A stretch of 64,000 nucleotides of DNA, taken from the NCBI GenBank assembly GCA_965203805.1, contig OZ241917.1, positions 1,408,001 through 1,472,000 of the forward strand, written 5' to 3'. Shown here in pieces: positions 27,046 to 37,010 of this stretch. The DNA is from Candidatus Latescibacterota bacterium (GTDB taxonomy: Bacteria > Latescibacterota > UBA2968 > GCA-2709665). A model generated the notes under the pieces. The model had not been told where the DNA came from and did no database searches. It saw nothing but the letters and a program-made list of their open reading frames with translations. Within the stretch, counting starts at the first letter, position 1. Each line of letters starts with the position of its first letter. A program made the position numbers and the translations under genes.

Positions 27046-29844
27046 ATGCCTCTCGATCCCTGGTACAGGGCAACTACGCTTCGCAAGGAAGTACGGGAAG
27101 GTCGTTCGTTCAGCCCGGACGAGTTCGCGATTGCCCTCGAGCAGGTCGTCAACGGAAGTGCGCCGGAGGATTACAGCGATCCGGTCCAGTTTTTCTCGCG
27201 TACCTGTTTTACACGGGCATTGAATGAGCATACAGGTATGGTTCTGAGACGCCTTTTCGGGAGGACGGAAAACACAGCCCCGGTGTTAACACTCGTCACT
27301 CAGTTTGGTGGTGGCAAAACTCATACGCTGACAGCGCTCTACCACATTGCAAACATGGGAACCAATGCCTCCGGATTGCCGGGCCTTGCAGGTCTCCTGA
27401 ACGAGGCAGGCGTGTCCCGTGTCCCCGGCGTTAAAGTTGGCGTGTTCGTCGGCAATGCCTGGGACCCCTCGGAAGGACGGGAGACGCCCTGGATCGATCT
27501 GGCCCGGCAATTGGCTGGCGATAAGGGCGTTGCTTCGCTCGGCGGCGCGGCACGGAATACCCCACCAGGTACCGAGGCACTCAGCAAAGTGTTCGCGGAT
27601 GCGGATGCGCCTGTACTGCTGCTCTTCGATGAAGTCCTCAACTTCGTGAACCGACATCGAGGCCTGGCCGAGAGTTTTCACGCCTTTCTCCAGAATATGA
27701 CCGTAGCAATCACCGGGACCACTCACGCCGCTGCTGTTATCAGTTTGCCGCGAAGTCAGGTAGAGATGACCGACTGGGATCAGCAATGGCAGGACCGTAT
27801 AACCAAAGTCGTGCGCCGAGTCGCCCGCGACCTGATCGCCAATGATGAGTCCGAGATCAGTGAAGTTGTCCGCCGCAGACTATTTGAGAACCTCGGTAAA
27901 GATCGGGTACGCAAAAAAGTATCGAAAGCATACGCCGACTGGTGCTTTGAACGAACGGCACGACTCCCGTCCGAATGGTTGGCGGTCGATACGGCAACTA
28001 CAGAAGCGAGGGCAAAGGAGTTTTTGCGGAGTCGATTCGAAGCGTGTTATCCGTTTCACCCCGCAACGCTTTCGGTGTTTCAGCGTAAATGGCGAGCGCT
28101 TCCCCAATTTCAACAGACCCGGGGAGCTCTCGCCCTGCTGGCGCAATGGGTTTCATGGGCCGCAAGGCAGCAATTCAACAAAGCCCGTCGTGAGCCCCTG
28201 ATTACGCTGGGTTCAGCGCCATTGGATGTGCCCGAATTTCGGGCCGTTGTCCTTGGGCAGTTGGGTGAGGCCCGGCTTGACGTGGCAATTGACGCGGACA
28301 TTGCAGGCCGAGTGTCCCACGCGAGATCCCTTGATAAGGACGCCACGGGCGCACTTCGCGACATTCACCGGCGCGTGGGTACGACCATCCTGTTCGAGTC
28401 ATCCGGCGGGCAGGTGGATAAGGTTGCCCATTTGCCTGAACTGCGCTTTGCCCTGGGAGAGCCCGAAGTCGATACCGCCACCATAGACAACGCCGCGACA
28501 GATCTGGAAAAATCCGGTTTTTTCATCCGGAAGGTGGGTACGGACGGCTATCGTATCCACCACCAGGCCACATTAAAAAAGGTCGTAAGTGACCGTTTGG
28601 CATCGCTTGACGAAGATGCGGATATCAACCCGGCTATTCGTAAACTCATCCTGGCTGAATTCAAATCCGGCGCAACCCTACCGGTGGTCGAATTTCCAAA
28701 GGAGAGCGCCGATATCCATGATTCGCCGCGCCTCGTCCTTGTCGTCGCCGACCCCGATACCCAATTTTCAGATTCTTCCAATGGACATCCGCGCCAATCC
28801 GTGACTGTGAAGCGCATCCAAAATTGGACTACGGAACGCGGCAGTTCGCCGAGGCTTTACCCGGGCTCGTTGGTTTGGTGCGTCTGTAGACCGGGGCGAG
28901 AGCTCCGTCAGAAAGTGGAGCTATGGCTCGCTTGGCAGCGGATTGAACACGAAATACGCGAGGGCGTACTTGGCGTTGAATACGACCGCTCGGACTTCAC
29001 TGACGTCCGGACGCAGGTCAAAGATGCCCACGAGGCTGCCAAAGACGAAGCATGGGCGAGTTATCGCTTCGTCGCACTTGCGGACACACGAGAAGAGCAC
29101 GGCCTCAAGATCATCGATCTCGGCGCAGGTCATGCAAGTACTGGGGAGACCCTGTGCGGTCGAGTCCTCGGCGCCCTCAAGGGTGAGGCCCTCCTTAACG
29201 AATCCGTAGGCGCCGGCTATATCGAGCGGCACTGGCCACCGGCGTTTTCGGAAACCGCGGCCTGGCCGCTGACCAGCCTGCGTCAGAGTTTTCTTAATGG
29301 ATCGCTCACCCGGTTGATCGATCCGGACACGATTCTCCGTCGTAGGATTGTTGAGTTCGTAAAGAATGGTGACTTCGGCCTGGCCTCCAGACCCACGGAC
29401 AACGGTCGATACGAGCGAACTTGGCACGCAGAGGCCATCGAAGCCGAAGAAGTGGCGTTCGAGCCAAACGTCTTCCTGATCACAAAGAAGAAAGCGGCGG
29501 AACTTAAAGCAACGACCCCGGAACCGACACATCCGCATCCTGAACCAATTCCACAACCAGAACCTGATCCCCACCCGGGGCCTGACCCAGCACCTGAACC
29601 GGTACCGAGTCCCGGCCACGAAAAAACCACCGTCAGACTTTCAGGTTCGTTGCCTTCCGAAGTCTGGAACCGTCTTGGTACCAAACTGCTGCCCAAACTG
29701 CGCGCAGGAGAGGACTTTAGTTCGCGAATCGATCTTTCAGTACGTATCGACGCCTGGTCAGCCGAGAACACAATCAACGAATTGCGGCGAATTCTCGATG
29801 ACCTTGGCATAGTCGACCAGATTCAAATCGACGTTTCGGATTGA
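27046..29844 (+). CDS. DUF499 AAA+ ATPase
   Basis: LVTQFGGGKTH, LLFDE, VVRRRLF, YPFHP, FQQTRG; Pro-Glu-rich linker near C-terminus. Confidence 0.9.
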   Translation: MPLDPWYRATTLRKEVREGRSFSPDEFAIALEQVVNGSAPEDYSDPVQFFSRTCFTRALNEHTGMVLRRLFGRTENTAPVLTLVTQFGGGKTHTLTALYHIANMGTNASGLPGLAGLLNEAGVSRVPGVKVGVFVGNAWDPSEGRETPWIDLARQLAGDKGVASLGGAARNTPPGTEALSKVFADADAPVLLLFDEVLNFVNRHRGLAESFHAFLQNMTVAITGTTHAAAVISLPRSQVEMTDWDQQWQDRITKVVRRVARDLIANDESEISEVVRRRLFENLGKDRVRKKVSKAYADWCFERTARLPSEWLAVDTATTEARAKEFLRSRFEACYPFHPATLSVFQRKWRALPQFQQTRGALALLAQWVSWAARQQFNKARREPLITLGSAPLDVPEFRAVVLGQLGEARLDVAIDADIAGRVSHARSLDKDATGALRDIHRRVGTTILFESSGGQVDKVAHLPELRFALGEPEVDTATIDNAATDLEKSGFFIRKVGTDGYRIHHQATLKKVVSDRLASLDEDADINPAIRKLILAEFKSGATLPVVEFPKESADIHDSPRLVLVVADPDTQFSDSSNGHPRQSVTVKRIQNWTTERGSSPRLYPGSLVWCVCRPGRELRQKVELWLAWQRIEHEIREGVLGVEYDRSDFTDVRTQVKDAHEAAKDEAWASYRFVALADTREEHGLKIIDLGAGHASTGETLCGRVLGALKGEALLNESVGAGYIERHWPPAFSETAAWPLTSLRQSFLNGSLTRLIDPDTILRRRIVEFVKNGDFGLASRPTDNGRYERTWHAEAIEAEEVAFEPNVFLITKKKAAELKATTPEPTHPHPEPIPQPEPDPHPGPDPAPEPVPSPGHEKTTVRLSGSLPSEVWNRLGTKLLPKLRAGEDFSSRIDLSVRIDAWSAENTINELRRILDDLGIVDQIQIDVSD

Positions 29845-29990
29845 GAGCACCTACGCGAAGGCACACGAAAAGAGCCAGATTTCGGCACGCTCTCTCACGT
29901 CTCAACAGTGTATTTTGTGTTCGTTAGAAATCAGATCGGGCTAGTCGGGGAAGTTCGAATTCGCCGTTTTTCTATAGGCATGAGCAAGCG

Positions 29991-30317
29991 ATGAAGACAA
30001 CAGGAATTGACCAGAGTACGCTAGACGAGATCATCCGGCGCGTCGTTGATGTCGCCCGGCCGGAAAAGATCATCCTGTTCGGGTCCGCCGCCCGGGGCGA
30101 GATGAACCGTCACAGCGACGTGGACTTGCTTATTATCAAAGACGGCGCGGATGCGCTTGAACTTATGGGCGAAATCTATATGAATCTCGATGGCGTCGGC
30201 GCAGCTGTCGACGCTGTTGTCGTAACGCCCGACGATTTAGAGCGGTATCGGGATAGTCACGCTGTGATCATCAAGCCCGCGTTGAAAGAAGGCAGGGTCG
30301 TATATGAATCCTCCTGA
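29991..30317 (+). CDS. Minimal nucleotidyltransferase (MNT antitoxin)
   Basis: ILFGSAARG..SDVDLL; overlaps downstream HEPN gene. Confidence 0.88.
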   Translation: MKTTGIDQSTLDEIIRRVVDVARPEKIILFGSAARGEMNRHSDVDLLIIKDGADALELMGEIYMNLDGVGAAVDAVVVTPDDLERYRDSHAVIIKPALKEGRVVYESS

Positions 30318-30693
30318 GCGATTCCCACCCGATGATCCGCGGGAATGGCTGAACCGCGCCAGAAGTAGCCTGGCAATCGCGAATAACCGAATTCCTGACG
30401 TTTACCTGGAAGACCTGTGCTTTGAAGCCCAGCAGGCAGCCGAAAAGGCCATCAAAGCCGTGATGATCAAGCGAGGCGTCGATTTCCCGTATGTACATGA
30501 CCTTGCCCGATTGCTTTCCCTGCTCAAAGAAGCGGACGAATCGATCCCAGACGTCGTCGGACAGGCCGGAAAGCTCACTCGATTCGCCACAATCACTCGC
30601 TATCCGATGAACCAGGCAGTCACTGATCAGCACTATCTGGAGGCGCTGTCCACCGCCGAAGCAGTCGTTCGGTGGGCGGAGGGGCGTGTGTGA
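30304..30693 (+). CDS. HEPN domain protein
   Basis: CFEAQQAAEKAIKA, HDL, TRYP; paired with MNT. Confidence 0.88.
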   Translation: MNPPERFPPDDPREWLNRARSSLAIANNRIPDVYLEDLCFEAQQAAEKAIKAVMIKRGVDFPYVHDLARLLSLLKEADESIPDVVGQAGKLTRFATITRYPMNQAVTDQHYLEALSTAEAVVRWAEGRV

Positions 30694-30695
30694 TC

Positions 30696-31520
30696 ATGCG
30701 AGCCGCATTCGTTGTGTTGGCGATGGTTTCGACCGTCGTAATCGGTCAGCCGGCCGTCGCGACCGAGGCGATTCAGGCCGTGTCGACCGATTCGGCTGCG
30801 AGCGCTCCCGCGACGCCCTTTGCGCGAGGCGCCTTCTATCTTCGTGCCGGGGCCGTTTTGGACTGGCCGTCGGGGACGCGGTTCGGAGACAGGGATTGTG
30901 AAAGCACGTCGCCGGCGGCGCTCTATGGATGCGGGGAGGGCGTGGACGGCGCTGCCCTCGGCGCCGCGGGTGATTTCGATAGAACCACCGGATTCACAGT
31001 CGGCATCGGCTACATTGCCTCCAGTCGGGTCCGCGTCGAAGCCGAGGTTCAGTACCGCATGGAGTTTTCTTTCAACGGCCGCGCCAATTTCACGCAAACC
31101 ACGGGCCGTCAGGACGTCTTGGCCGACCTGTCCTCTCTTTCCACGCTTCTCAGCGCCTTTGCAGACCTCCCCGGGCGGGGGCCGTTCAATCCGCACGTCG
31201 GGGTCGGCGGCGGCCTGTCGCGCAATTCCATCGGCGAGACCCGCATGGAGTTCCCCAGGACAACCACGGTCGTGCCGGGCGCAAGTCGGGTTGGGTTCGC
31301 ATGGATGTTGACCGCGGGCGTTGCGGCGCGGGTCCGGGAAAAGATGACGGTGGACGTGGGGTGGCGGTACGTGAATTCAGGCGCCGTGGAGACGGGAAGG
31401 GCCATGGGTCGAATCGTCTGGCGCGATGGCAGCCGCGATCCGTTGGAACTCGAACTGGCGGAGACCTGGGCGAATCTGTCCAGCCACGGGCTTCGCGTGT
31501 CTCTACGTTACGGACTCTGA
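30696..31520 (+). CDS. Outer-membrane beta-barrel protein (opacity/OmpA-TM-like)
   Basis: Signal peptide; FYLRAG, PHVGVGGG, VDVGWRY, terminal alternating strand LRVSLRY. Confidence 0.75.
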   Translation: MRAAFVVLAMVSTVVIGQPAVATEAIQAVSTDSAASAPATPFARGAFYLRAGAVLDWPSGTRFGDRDCESTSPAALYGCGEGVDGAALGAAGDFDRTTGFTVGIGYIASSRVRVEAEVQYRMEFSFNGRANFTQTTGRQDVLADLSSLSTLLSAFADLPGRGPFNPHVGVGGGLSRNSIGETRMEFPRTTTVVPGASRVGFAWMLTAGVAARVREKMTVDVGWRYVNSGAVETGRAMGRIVWRDGSRDPLELELAETWANLSSHGLRVSLRYGL

Positions 31521-31563
31521 GCTCGATTCCCGCCGAAAACGGTGGAAACCGGGGAACCGCGGC

Positions 31564-32223
31564 ATGACGACGTACAGCGTCTATTTTGCGGGCGAACTCT
31601 TCGACCACAAACATCTCATCGGCAATGCGATCCTGGCAGAGGCCATTGAGCGCGAATCAGATGGACGGTACGCCTGCATCGTGCCGCAACACCTCGAACA
31701 GGCCACGGAACGGGCGGTCGACATCCGGAACCAGGACCTGAAGCAGGTAATGGCCTGCGACCTGGGCCTGTTCAACTTCGACGGTACGGACCTGGATTCG
31801 GGCACGGTCGTGGAATTCATGCTGGCCAAATTCCTGGACATTCCGTCGGTCATTCTGCGGTCCGACTTCCGGTCTTCCGGAGACCAGGACAAGGACGGCG
31901 ACGCGTGGAACCTGATGTGCTCGTTCTACCCTCGCGTCCGCACGCTCGGGTTCAACGCGATGGCCTGGTACCAGGAAGCGCGGGACGGCGCATCGGACCT
32001 GCGCCAGTCCTCGGGCCGGCTGTACGCCAGAATCGCCGATGCCGTCATCGAGCAACTGGACGCCGTCCGCGTCGAACCGCCGGTGATCGGATCAGATGCT
32101 GAGCGTATTCGGCAGCAATACGAATGGGCCATCCGGTTTCCCGGCGGCGGGCTGGAGGACTTCTGCGGGCCGGGTTTCGTGGACGACGTGATCGAGTCCA
32201 AACAGCAGAAGGGTCTACTGTAA
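31564..32223 (+). CDS. Nucleoside 2-deoxyribosyltransferase family protein
   Basis: VYFAGELF, DLDSGTVVEF, WNLM. Confidence 0.8.
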   Translation: MTTYSVYFAGELFDHKHLIGNAILAEAIERESDGRYACIVPQHLEQATERAVDIRNQDLKQVMACDLGLFNFDGTDLDSGTVVEFMLAKFLDIPSVILRSDFRSSGDQDKDGDAWNLMCSFYPRVRTLGFNAMAWYQEARDGASDLRQSSGRLYARIADAVIEQLDAVRVEPPVIGSDAERIRQQYEWAIRFPGGGLEDFCGPGFVDDVIESKQQKGLL

Positions 32224-32271
32224 AGAAACGAGCCGTCGAGCGGTCAATGCGACGCCGCGCCAGGCCGCTGA

Positions 32272-32303
32272 CTTTATCCTGCACATCCTGTCCATCCACG
32301 TGA
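32272..32303 (-). repeat. Dispersed copy of the GGATGAACAGGAT nonamer element
   Basis: Reverse complement reads TCACGTGGATGGACAGGATGTGCAGGATAAAG, matching 11778-11809. Confidence 0.7.
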
Positions 32304-32340
32304 GTTTTCGTGTTTGGATTTTCCGACTCAGGAGCCTGCC

Positions 32341-33495
32341 ATGTACGATATTTTGAGCGGTCTGGCCCGCATGCAGACGAAACGGACCGGCCGTTTCTCC
32401 TCGTGGGATACGACGGGCCGCAACAGCGACGCGTGGACCATCGATCCCGGCGAAACCCGGGTTCTGGCCGATATCGACGGTCCCGCGTGCATCACCCATC
32501 TCTGGTTCACCCAGAGCAACCACTACCGCGAATGCCTGCTGAAGATCACGTACGACGATGCGGATGAACCCAGCGTTCTGTGCCCCCTAGGGGACTTCTT
32601 CGGCCTGGGTCACAGTATTGTCAACTCCTACCAATCGCTGCTCTTTACCGCGTCGACCAACGAAAACAATCGGTTCGAGACCGGCTGCGCGCTGAACGCG
32701 TACGTGCCGATGCCCTTTCGGGAACACGCTCTCGTCGAACTCGTGAACGAAAGCGAGGAGACCCACCGGCAATATTTCTACGTGGACTGGGAATCCTGCC
32801 CGGACGGACTGCCGGCCGACTCCGGGTATTTCCACGCTGAATTCCGGCGGGAAAATCCCTTCGGCGGATGGGGACACGAGATCCGCGTGAACACGCCGGA
32901 AGCGGATATCGTCAATGCCGGGCGCGATGCCTGGGAGAACAACTACGTCATCCTGGACGCCGGGGGGCGCGGCCACTACATCGGCTGCAATCTCAGCGTC
33001 ACCAATTTCCAGGGGACGTGGTGGGGCGAGGGTGACGATATGATCTGGGTGGATGGGTACAAATGGCCGCCGGACCTGCACGGGACCGGCAGCGAGGACT
33101 ATCTGAACCAGGCATGGGGAATGCAGCCCAACGCGTTTCTGCGCAACGGTTCCTCAATCTACGAGGGGGATACCGGCGGGTATCAGACCAGCTACGTACA
33201 CCACCTGGAGAATCCCGTACGATTCGAGCGGGAGATCAGGGTCACCATCGAGCACGGCCACGGGAACCATTTGTGCAACGAGATGAGCAGCGTGGCCTAC
33301 TGGTACGGCGACCGGCCCCGCGCCGTCGTCCAGCCGCCCGCGGTGGACCAGCGCCTTTCTGTTCGGCGCGACAACCGGGGGAACTGGTTGTATGACGCGC
33401 GATCGCAGACCACCTCGCGTACCATCCCTCTGAGTGACGAGATGAAGGAAAACAAAGCCCGCTGGAACCGGGGGCGATCCGTGACCGATTCGTAA
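32341..33495 (+). CDS. DUF2961 / glycoside hydrolase family 172 protein
   Basis: GPACITHLWFT, PLGDFFG, WWGEGDD, GTGSEDY, IEHGHGN; AGGAG RBS. Confidence 0.88.
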   Translation: MYDILSGLARMQTKRTGRFSSWDTTGRNSDAWTIDPGETRVLADIDGPACITHLWFTQSNHYRECLLKITYDDADEPSVLCPLGDFFGLGHSIVNSYQSLLFTASTNENNRFETGCALNAYVPMPFREHALVELVNESEETHRQYFYVDWESCPDGLPADSGYFHAEFRRENPFGGWGHEIRVNTPEADIVNAGRDAWENNYVILDAGGRGHYIGCNLSVTNFQGTWWGEGDDMIWVDGYKWPPDLHGTGSEDYLNQAWGMQPNAFLRNGSSIYEGDTGGYQTSYVHHLENPVRFEREIRVTIEHGHGNHLCNEMSSVAYWYGDRPRAVVQPPAVDQRLSVRRDNRGNWLYDARSQTTSRTIPLSDEMKENKARWNRGRSVTDS

Positions 33496-33548
33496 CGCCA
33501 GGCGGGGTCCGGCGAGAAATAACCGGGAGGCGCAGGCGGGATAGGGCA

Positions 33549-35024
33549 ATGACGAAAGGCAAACAGCCGAATATCGTGCTCATCATGTCCGACCAGCACA
33601 ACGCGAACGTGATGGGCTGCGCGGGAAACCCGATTGTCCGCACGCCCAACCTGGATGCGCTGGCCGGACAGGGCACCCGCTTCACGAATGCCTACTGTCC
33701 CTACCCGCTGTGCGCCCCGTCCCGCATGGGCTTTATGGCCGGCGCCTATCCCAGCGAAGTCGGTGGATTCGACAACAGCGGGACCCTCTCTTCAGATGTG
33801 CCCACGTTCGCCCACGGCCTGAGTGCGGCGGGTTACGAGACCGTCCTGTGCGGACGGATGCACTTTATCGGGCCGGACCGATTGCACGGTTTCGGGAAAC
33901 GCATCCACGGCGACTGCGGCGGGACGCTCTCTCCGGAAATCCGGGGATCGGGAAACAACCGAACGACCGGGCAGTCGAAATACGCCGTTGAGGTTGCGGG
34001 ATACGGAAGCACGGGGTACCAGGCCTTCGACGACAGCGTCACGGAAGCGGCGTGCAACGACATCTCAACATGGACGGGGGACGGTCGCCCTCACTGCCTG
34101 GTCGTCGGTCTGATACTGCCCCACAACCCCCTCATCTGTTCCATGCCCCTGTTCGACCGCTATTTGGAAGAAATTCCACTCCCGGAGCCCGTATCTCCCG
34201 CTTATCTGGACGCCCTCCATCCTGCAATGCGGAAGTGGCGGGAACGCCGGGGCGTGGACGAGTTGACGCGCGAACAGAACCGGCGGGGACTGGCCGCCTA
34301 TTACGGCCTGGTCACGGAACTCGACACTAACGTCGGTAGAATCGTGAATGCGGTCAAGTCTTCCCCGGCAGCCGAAAATACAGTCATCATCTACTGCTCG
34401 GACCATGGCGATATGGCCTGCGAGCACGGCATGTGGTGGAAGAGCAGTTTCTACGACGGTTCGGCCCGTGTTCCACTGATCGTATCCTGCCCCGGGCAAG
34501 TTTCACGCGGCACCAACAACGCCGTTGTCAGCCTCATCGGCGTGGGCCCCACGGTCCTTGAACTGGCGGACGCGGCAACCCTCCCGGGTGTTTCGGGAAG
34601 GAGTCTCGCGGGTTTCCTGCGCGGTGACGGCGTCATTCCCGGCTGGCCCGACGAAGTCTATTCGGAATACATCGGTCTGTTGGGCGACGGACCCGCCTGC
34701 ATGGTCCGTCGAGGGCCGTGGAAGCTGAACTACTATCATGAATTCCGATCCTGCCAGCTATTCAACATGGAGGAGGACCCCGGCGAAATGCACGACCTGT
34801 CGCAGGATTCCGGATGCCGGGAAATCGTGGCGGATTGCCGGGAACGAATTCGCGCACGGTGGTCTGCCGAACGCATGCTCGAGGAAGCCGAAAGGCAGAA
34901 CCAGGCACGAGACCTGATCAGGCAAGCCGGTCGCAGCGCCACGCCCCCACCCATCGTCCCCTTCGTTGCTCCGGAGGGATGCAACCGGTTCGACTTTTCG
35001 CAGTTGCCCGATCGTGCGACATAG
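33549..35024 (+). CDS. Sulfatase (choline-sulfatase-like, Cys-type FGly)
   Basis: IMSDQH, CAPSR, GRMH, PHNP, SDHG. Confidence 0.9.
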   Translation: MTKGKQPNIVLIMSDQHNANVMGCAGNPIVRTPNLDALAGQGTRFTNAYCPYPLCAPSRMGFMAGAYPSEVGGFDNSGTLSSDVPTFAHGLSAAGYETVLCGRMHFIGPDRLHGFGKRIHGDCGGTLSPEIRGSGNNRTTGQSKYAVEVAGYGSTGYQAFDDSVTEAACNDISTWTGDGRPHCLVVGLILPHNPLICSMPLFDRYLEEIPLPEPVSPAYLDALHPAMRKWRERRGVDELTREQNRRGLAAYYGLVTELDTNVGRIVNAVKSSPAAENTVIIYCSDHGDMACEHGMWWKSSFYDGSARVPLIVSCPGQVSRGTNNAVVSLIGVGPTVLELADAATLPGVSGRSLAGFLRGDGVIPGWPDEVYSEYIGLLGDGPACMVRRGPWKLNYYHEFRSCQLFNMEEDPGEMHDLSQDSGCREIVADCRERIRARWSAERMLEEAERQNQARDLIRQAGRSATPPPIVPFVAPEGCNRFDFSQLPDRAT

Positions 35025-35031
35025 GGCAGGC

Positions 35032-36699
35032 TCAGTCTTCACTCGCCAATATCCCCTCCACCGCGTCGGACCACGTACCGCATCGGACCTCGAGCGTCCA
35101 ATCGACCGGCGTCTGCAGCGCAATCAGAACCCGGCATGCCTCCGGCGCCTGCTCGCTCAAGCGCATCTGCCACATCCGGTGCGCGCAGGCACCGGGACCC
35201 ACGGCAATCGCGTCGGTTCCGACATGATAGGTCGCGTACCCGGTCTTGAGGAACGCGATCTGGCCCGCTCCGCCCTGGATTGCGCCGCTGTCGAAGTCGA
35301 GTTCCCCACCGGGCGCGAAATCGCACGTAATCTGAAACGGCACCCTGTCCATCGCATCCGACCGGACCCGGAGGTCGAACCCGCCGTCCACCTCCTTCAC
35401 CGTCAGCTCGACCACCAGGGGCGGCACCGGGGTGAATTCCCGCTTCCAGCGCGCCTCCTCCCACTGTGTCTGGTCCACCGGTTCGCCCAGCGGGTGGAAG
35501 TACCCGGGGCTGTCGTAGTGCCACCCTCTTCCGGGATGCGTGATCCGGATCCCGCCGCCGGCCTCGCGGAAATTCTCCCCCACAAACTGTGACGTTCCAT
35601 AATAGCTTGCACAGATTTGAACCGACGTCAATTCGGCGTCGCCGTACTTCAGGCTGAACGCCGACGGTATCCCCGAGGCCGTCGTCGCGCTCATCCTGCC
35701 CCTGCGCACCCGCCAGATCCCCGAGACCGGATACACCTTCGAATAGCTTTCGGACAATGGCGCTCGCTTCAGGTTGTCCTCACGCCATTCGGGGTGTTCC
35801 AGGAAGGGGTGCAGCGTCCACGGCAGTCCACCGGGTTCCCGATCGAACAGCCAGTCGGCGACCGACGCGTAAAATCCGTTGTCCTCGGCGCGCGCCATCG
35901 CGTAATAACTGTCCGCCAGAAACACCGGGACCGTCCGCTGTCCGCGGTCCTGCCTTTGCGACACGCTGGTCACAACCGTGCCGTCCGCATGGAGGAGGTG
36001 GCAGGAAAGGTCCAGGTTCTGCCGAACGGGATCCAGCAACTCCGGCCGGCCCAGCGCCTCAGCGGCGATTCGCAGCGACCGGTTGCAGACCGCGTTGTAG
36101 ACCCCGGTGCTCCGCTCCGTATATTCCCCGTCGGCATTGATATCGATGGTTTCCGCCAGGTACGCCTCGATCGTATCCATAACATCCAGATCCGGAAACA
36201 GCGCCCGCGCCTGTGCGAGGGCTGAGACCAGCACCCACCGGTGGTTGGGCGTATGGAAACCGCCCTCAGCCATACCCGGCGTGGCGGTATGGATCAACTC
36301 GCCGAGCGCCCCGGCGATCTCCCCGGCACCGACATCGCCCTCGACCTTCCGCGCCGCCTCCACCACCGGCGCCATCAATTGCACCAGAAAGCCGGTATCC
36401 GGCGCCGAATCGAAATTGGTCTCCACCAGGTCGAAACGTCCGGACTCCCGCCGGACCCTCCGGCCGAAACCGGCGCCAAGCAGAATTCGCTCCAGGACTT
36501 CGGCGCTGCGAAAGTGTGCGGAGCCTTCCAGCAGCCAGGCATAGCAGAGAGGAACAACCTGACCCACACCGGTTCCGCCGGCCACACCGTTCTGGACGAA
36601 ACCTCCGCGGTGCGGATGAGAACGGTCAACGATCTGGGTTGACAGAATGGATGCCACCCGGGCGTCGAGCAGGGGCAACAGGGCGTCGTAGGTTAACAT
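35032..36699 (-). CDS. Hypothetical protein (helical N-half, beta-rich C-half; possibly carbohydrate-active)
   Basis: 555-aa ORF with host-like codon usage and GGAGG RBS; motifs GGFHTPNHRW, EYTERSTGVY; function not recognised. Confidence 0.6.
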   Translation of the reverse strand: MLTYDALLPLLDARVASILSTQIVDRSHPHRGGFVQNGVAGGTGVGQVVPLCYAWLLEGSAHFRSAEVLERILLGAGFGRRVRRESGRFDLVETNFDSAPDTGFLVQLMAPVVEAARKVEGDVGAGEIAGALGELIHTATPGMAEGGFHTPNHRWVLVSALAQARALFPDLDVMDTIEAYLAETIDINADGEYTERSTGVYNAVCNRSLRIAAEALGRPELLDPVRQNLDLSCHLLHADGTVVTSVSQRQDRGQRTVPVFLADSYYAMARAEDNGFYASVADWLFDREPGGLPWTLHPFLEHPEWREDNLKRAPLSESYSKVYPVSGIWRVRRGRMSATTASGIPSAFSLKYGDAELTSVQICASYYGTSQFVGENFREAGGGIRITHPGRGWHYDSPGYFHPLGEPVDQTQWEEARWKREFTPVPPLVVELTVKEVDGGFDLRVRSDAMDRVPFQITCDFAPGGELDFDSGAIQGGAGQIAFLKTGYATYHVGTDAIAVGPGACAHRMWQMRLSEQAPEACRVLIALQTPVDWTLEVRCGTWSDAVEGILASED

Positions 36700-37010
36700 C
36701 GGATGGCCTCCCTATGGGGCGGTGTGTGTTCGTGTCTTCGACGACAATACACGGTATGCATGGTACGCGTGCATCCGGTCACCCAAACCTCGCAAGTTAC
36801 TTCGCGGACCGGTCGATGGCGAACGGGTTCTTCAAGAGCAATAAAACTCGGCTGGACATCCGGCCGCGCGCTTCTCTTTGAAAAAACAGACTTGACTTTT
36901 CCGGAAACGATTTCGGATATTCTGGAGGCCTGCCAGAACAACATGACTGCCTGATCCCGGTCCTGGGGTGTAGCTTTCCGGGCGCGGAGAGGTCTCGGAG
37001 GAGTTTTCTT

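Noticed and set aside
29512-29620. Repeat-like DNA in DUF499 gene
   Set aside because: Encodes a Pro/Glu low-complexity linker; not an independent element
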